From assembly GCA_052036095.1 (NCBI GenBank), contig JBPOHA010000032.1, positions 1 through 53,748 on the forward strand: a stretch of 53,748 bases of DNA. The letters run 5' to 3'. The position numbers and the translations under genes are program-made. The notes beneath the pieces are model-generated. The model saw only the letters and a program-made list of their open reading frames with translations. It was not told where the DNA came from and searched no databases. Below are positions 53,650-53,748 of the stretch, in pieces. This stretch comes from Bacillota bacterium (GTDB lineage: Bacteria > Bacillota > Clostridia > TANB77 > CAG-508). The stretch's first letter is position 1, and every line of letters starts with the position of its first letter.

Positions 53650-53748
53650 GAATAAATTAAAAATAGAAATAAAATAAATTAAAAATAGAAATAAAATAAA
53701 TTAAAAATAGAAATAAAATAAATTAAAAATAGAAATAAAATAAATTAA
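53650..53748. repeat. 22-bp tandem repeat (ATTAAAAATAGAAATAAAATAA), at least 4 copies, running off the window end
   Basis: The internal TAG recurs at 53664, 53686, 53708 and 53730, giving a period of 22. Confidence 0.9.

Overview
Very AT-rich chromosomal segment (about three quarters A+T by eye) from a low-GC Firmicute, most likely class Clostridia. Supporting markers are AbrB, a YtxC-like protein, FtsK/SpoIIIE, the RadA-DisA pair, the IreB-RuvX pair, a sortase and a dockerin. I support about 40 CDS, nearly all on the + strand, and 4 tRNA genes: Gln-CUG, His-GUG, Gln-UUG and Trp-CCA. I also call several consensus sigma-A-type promoters, intrinsic terminators and AT-rich tandem repeats. No CRISPR array, transposase, integrase or rRNA is visible.

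Most genes are housekeeping: eno, mtaB, alaS, efp, ruvX, ftsK, radA, disA, rpiA, a cyclophilin, a U32 peptidase and a heterodimeric ABC exporter. Cell-envelope genes are interspersed among them: three glucosaminidase-domain hydrolases, an M23 peptidase, a sortase, a tandem FGE/SUMF1-domain protein and a cadherin-like surface protein.

The most unusual locus is 25.3-30.3 kb. It is an apparent operon encoding:
- a small signal-peptide/2-TM protein;
- a very repeat-rich protein with a receiver-like N-terminus, Q/N-rich repeats and two canonical AT-hooks;
- a ParA/MinD-fold domain with a degenerate P-loop;
- a membrane GAF / degenerate-GGDEF protein.

The AT-hook ORF and the ParA-like ORF are in the same frame. 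They are separated only by one TAA that replaces a TCA codon inside a 36-bp coding repeat.

Other items worth a second look:
- a GC-rich, highly self-complementary 114-nt core clamped by a 29-bp inverted repeat (20634-20805);
- a second 29-bp-armed inverted-repeat element (47854-48009);
- a promoter-to-terminator unit with no ORF and a CCUCC-rich tail (150-376);
- a 46-bp tandem repeat in the ABC-exporter leader;
- a short (583 aa) AlaRS lacking the C-Ala domain.

All functional calls come from motif recognition by eye. No database search was run.
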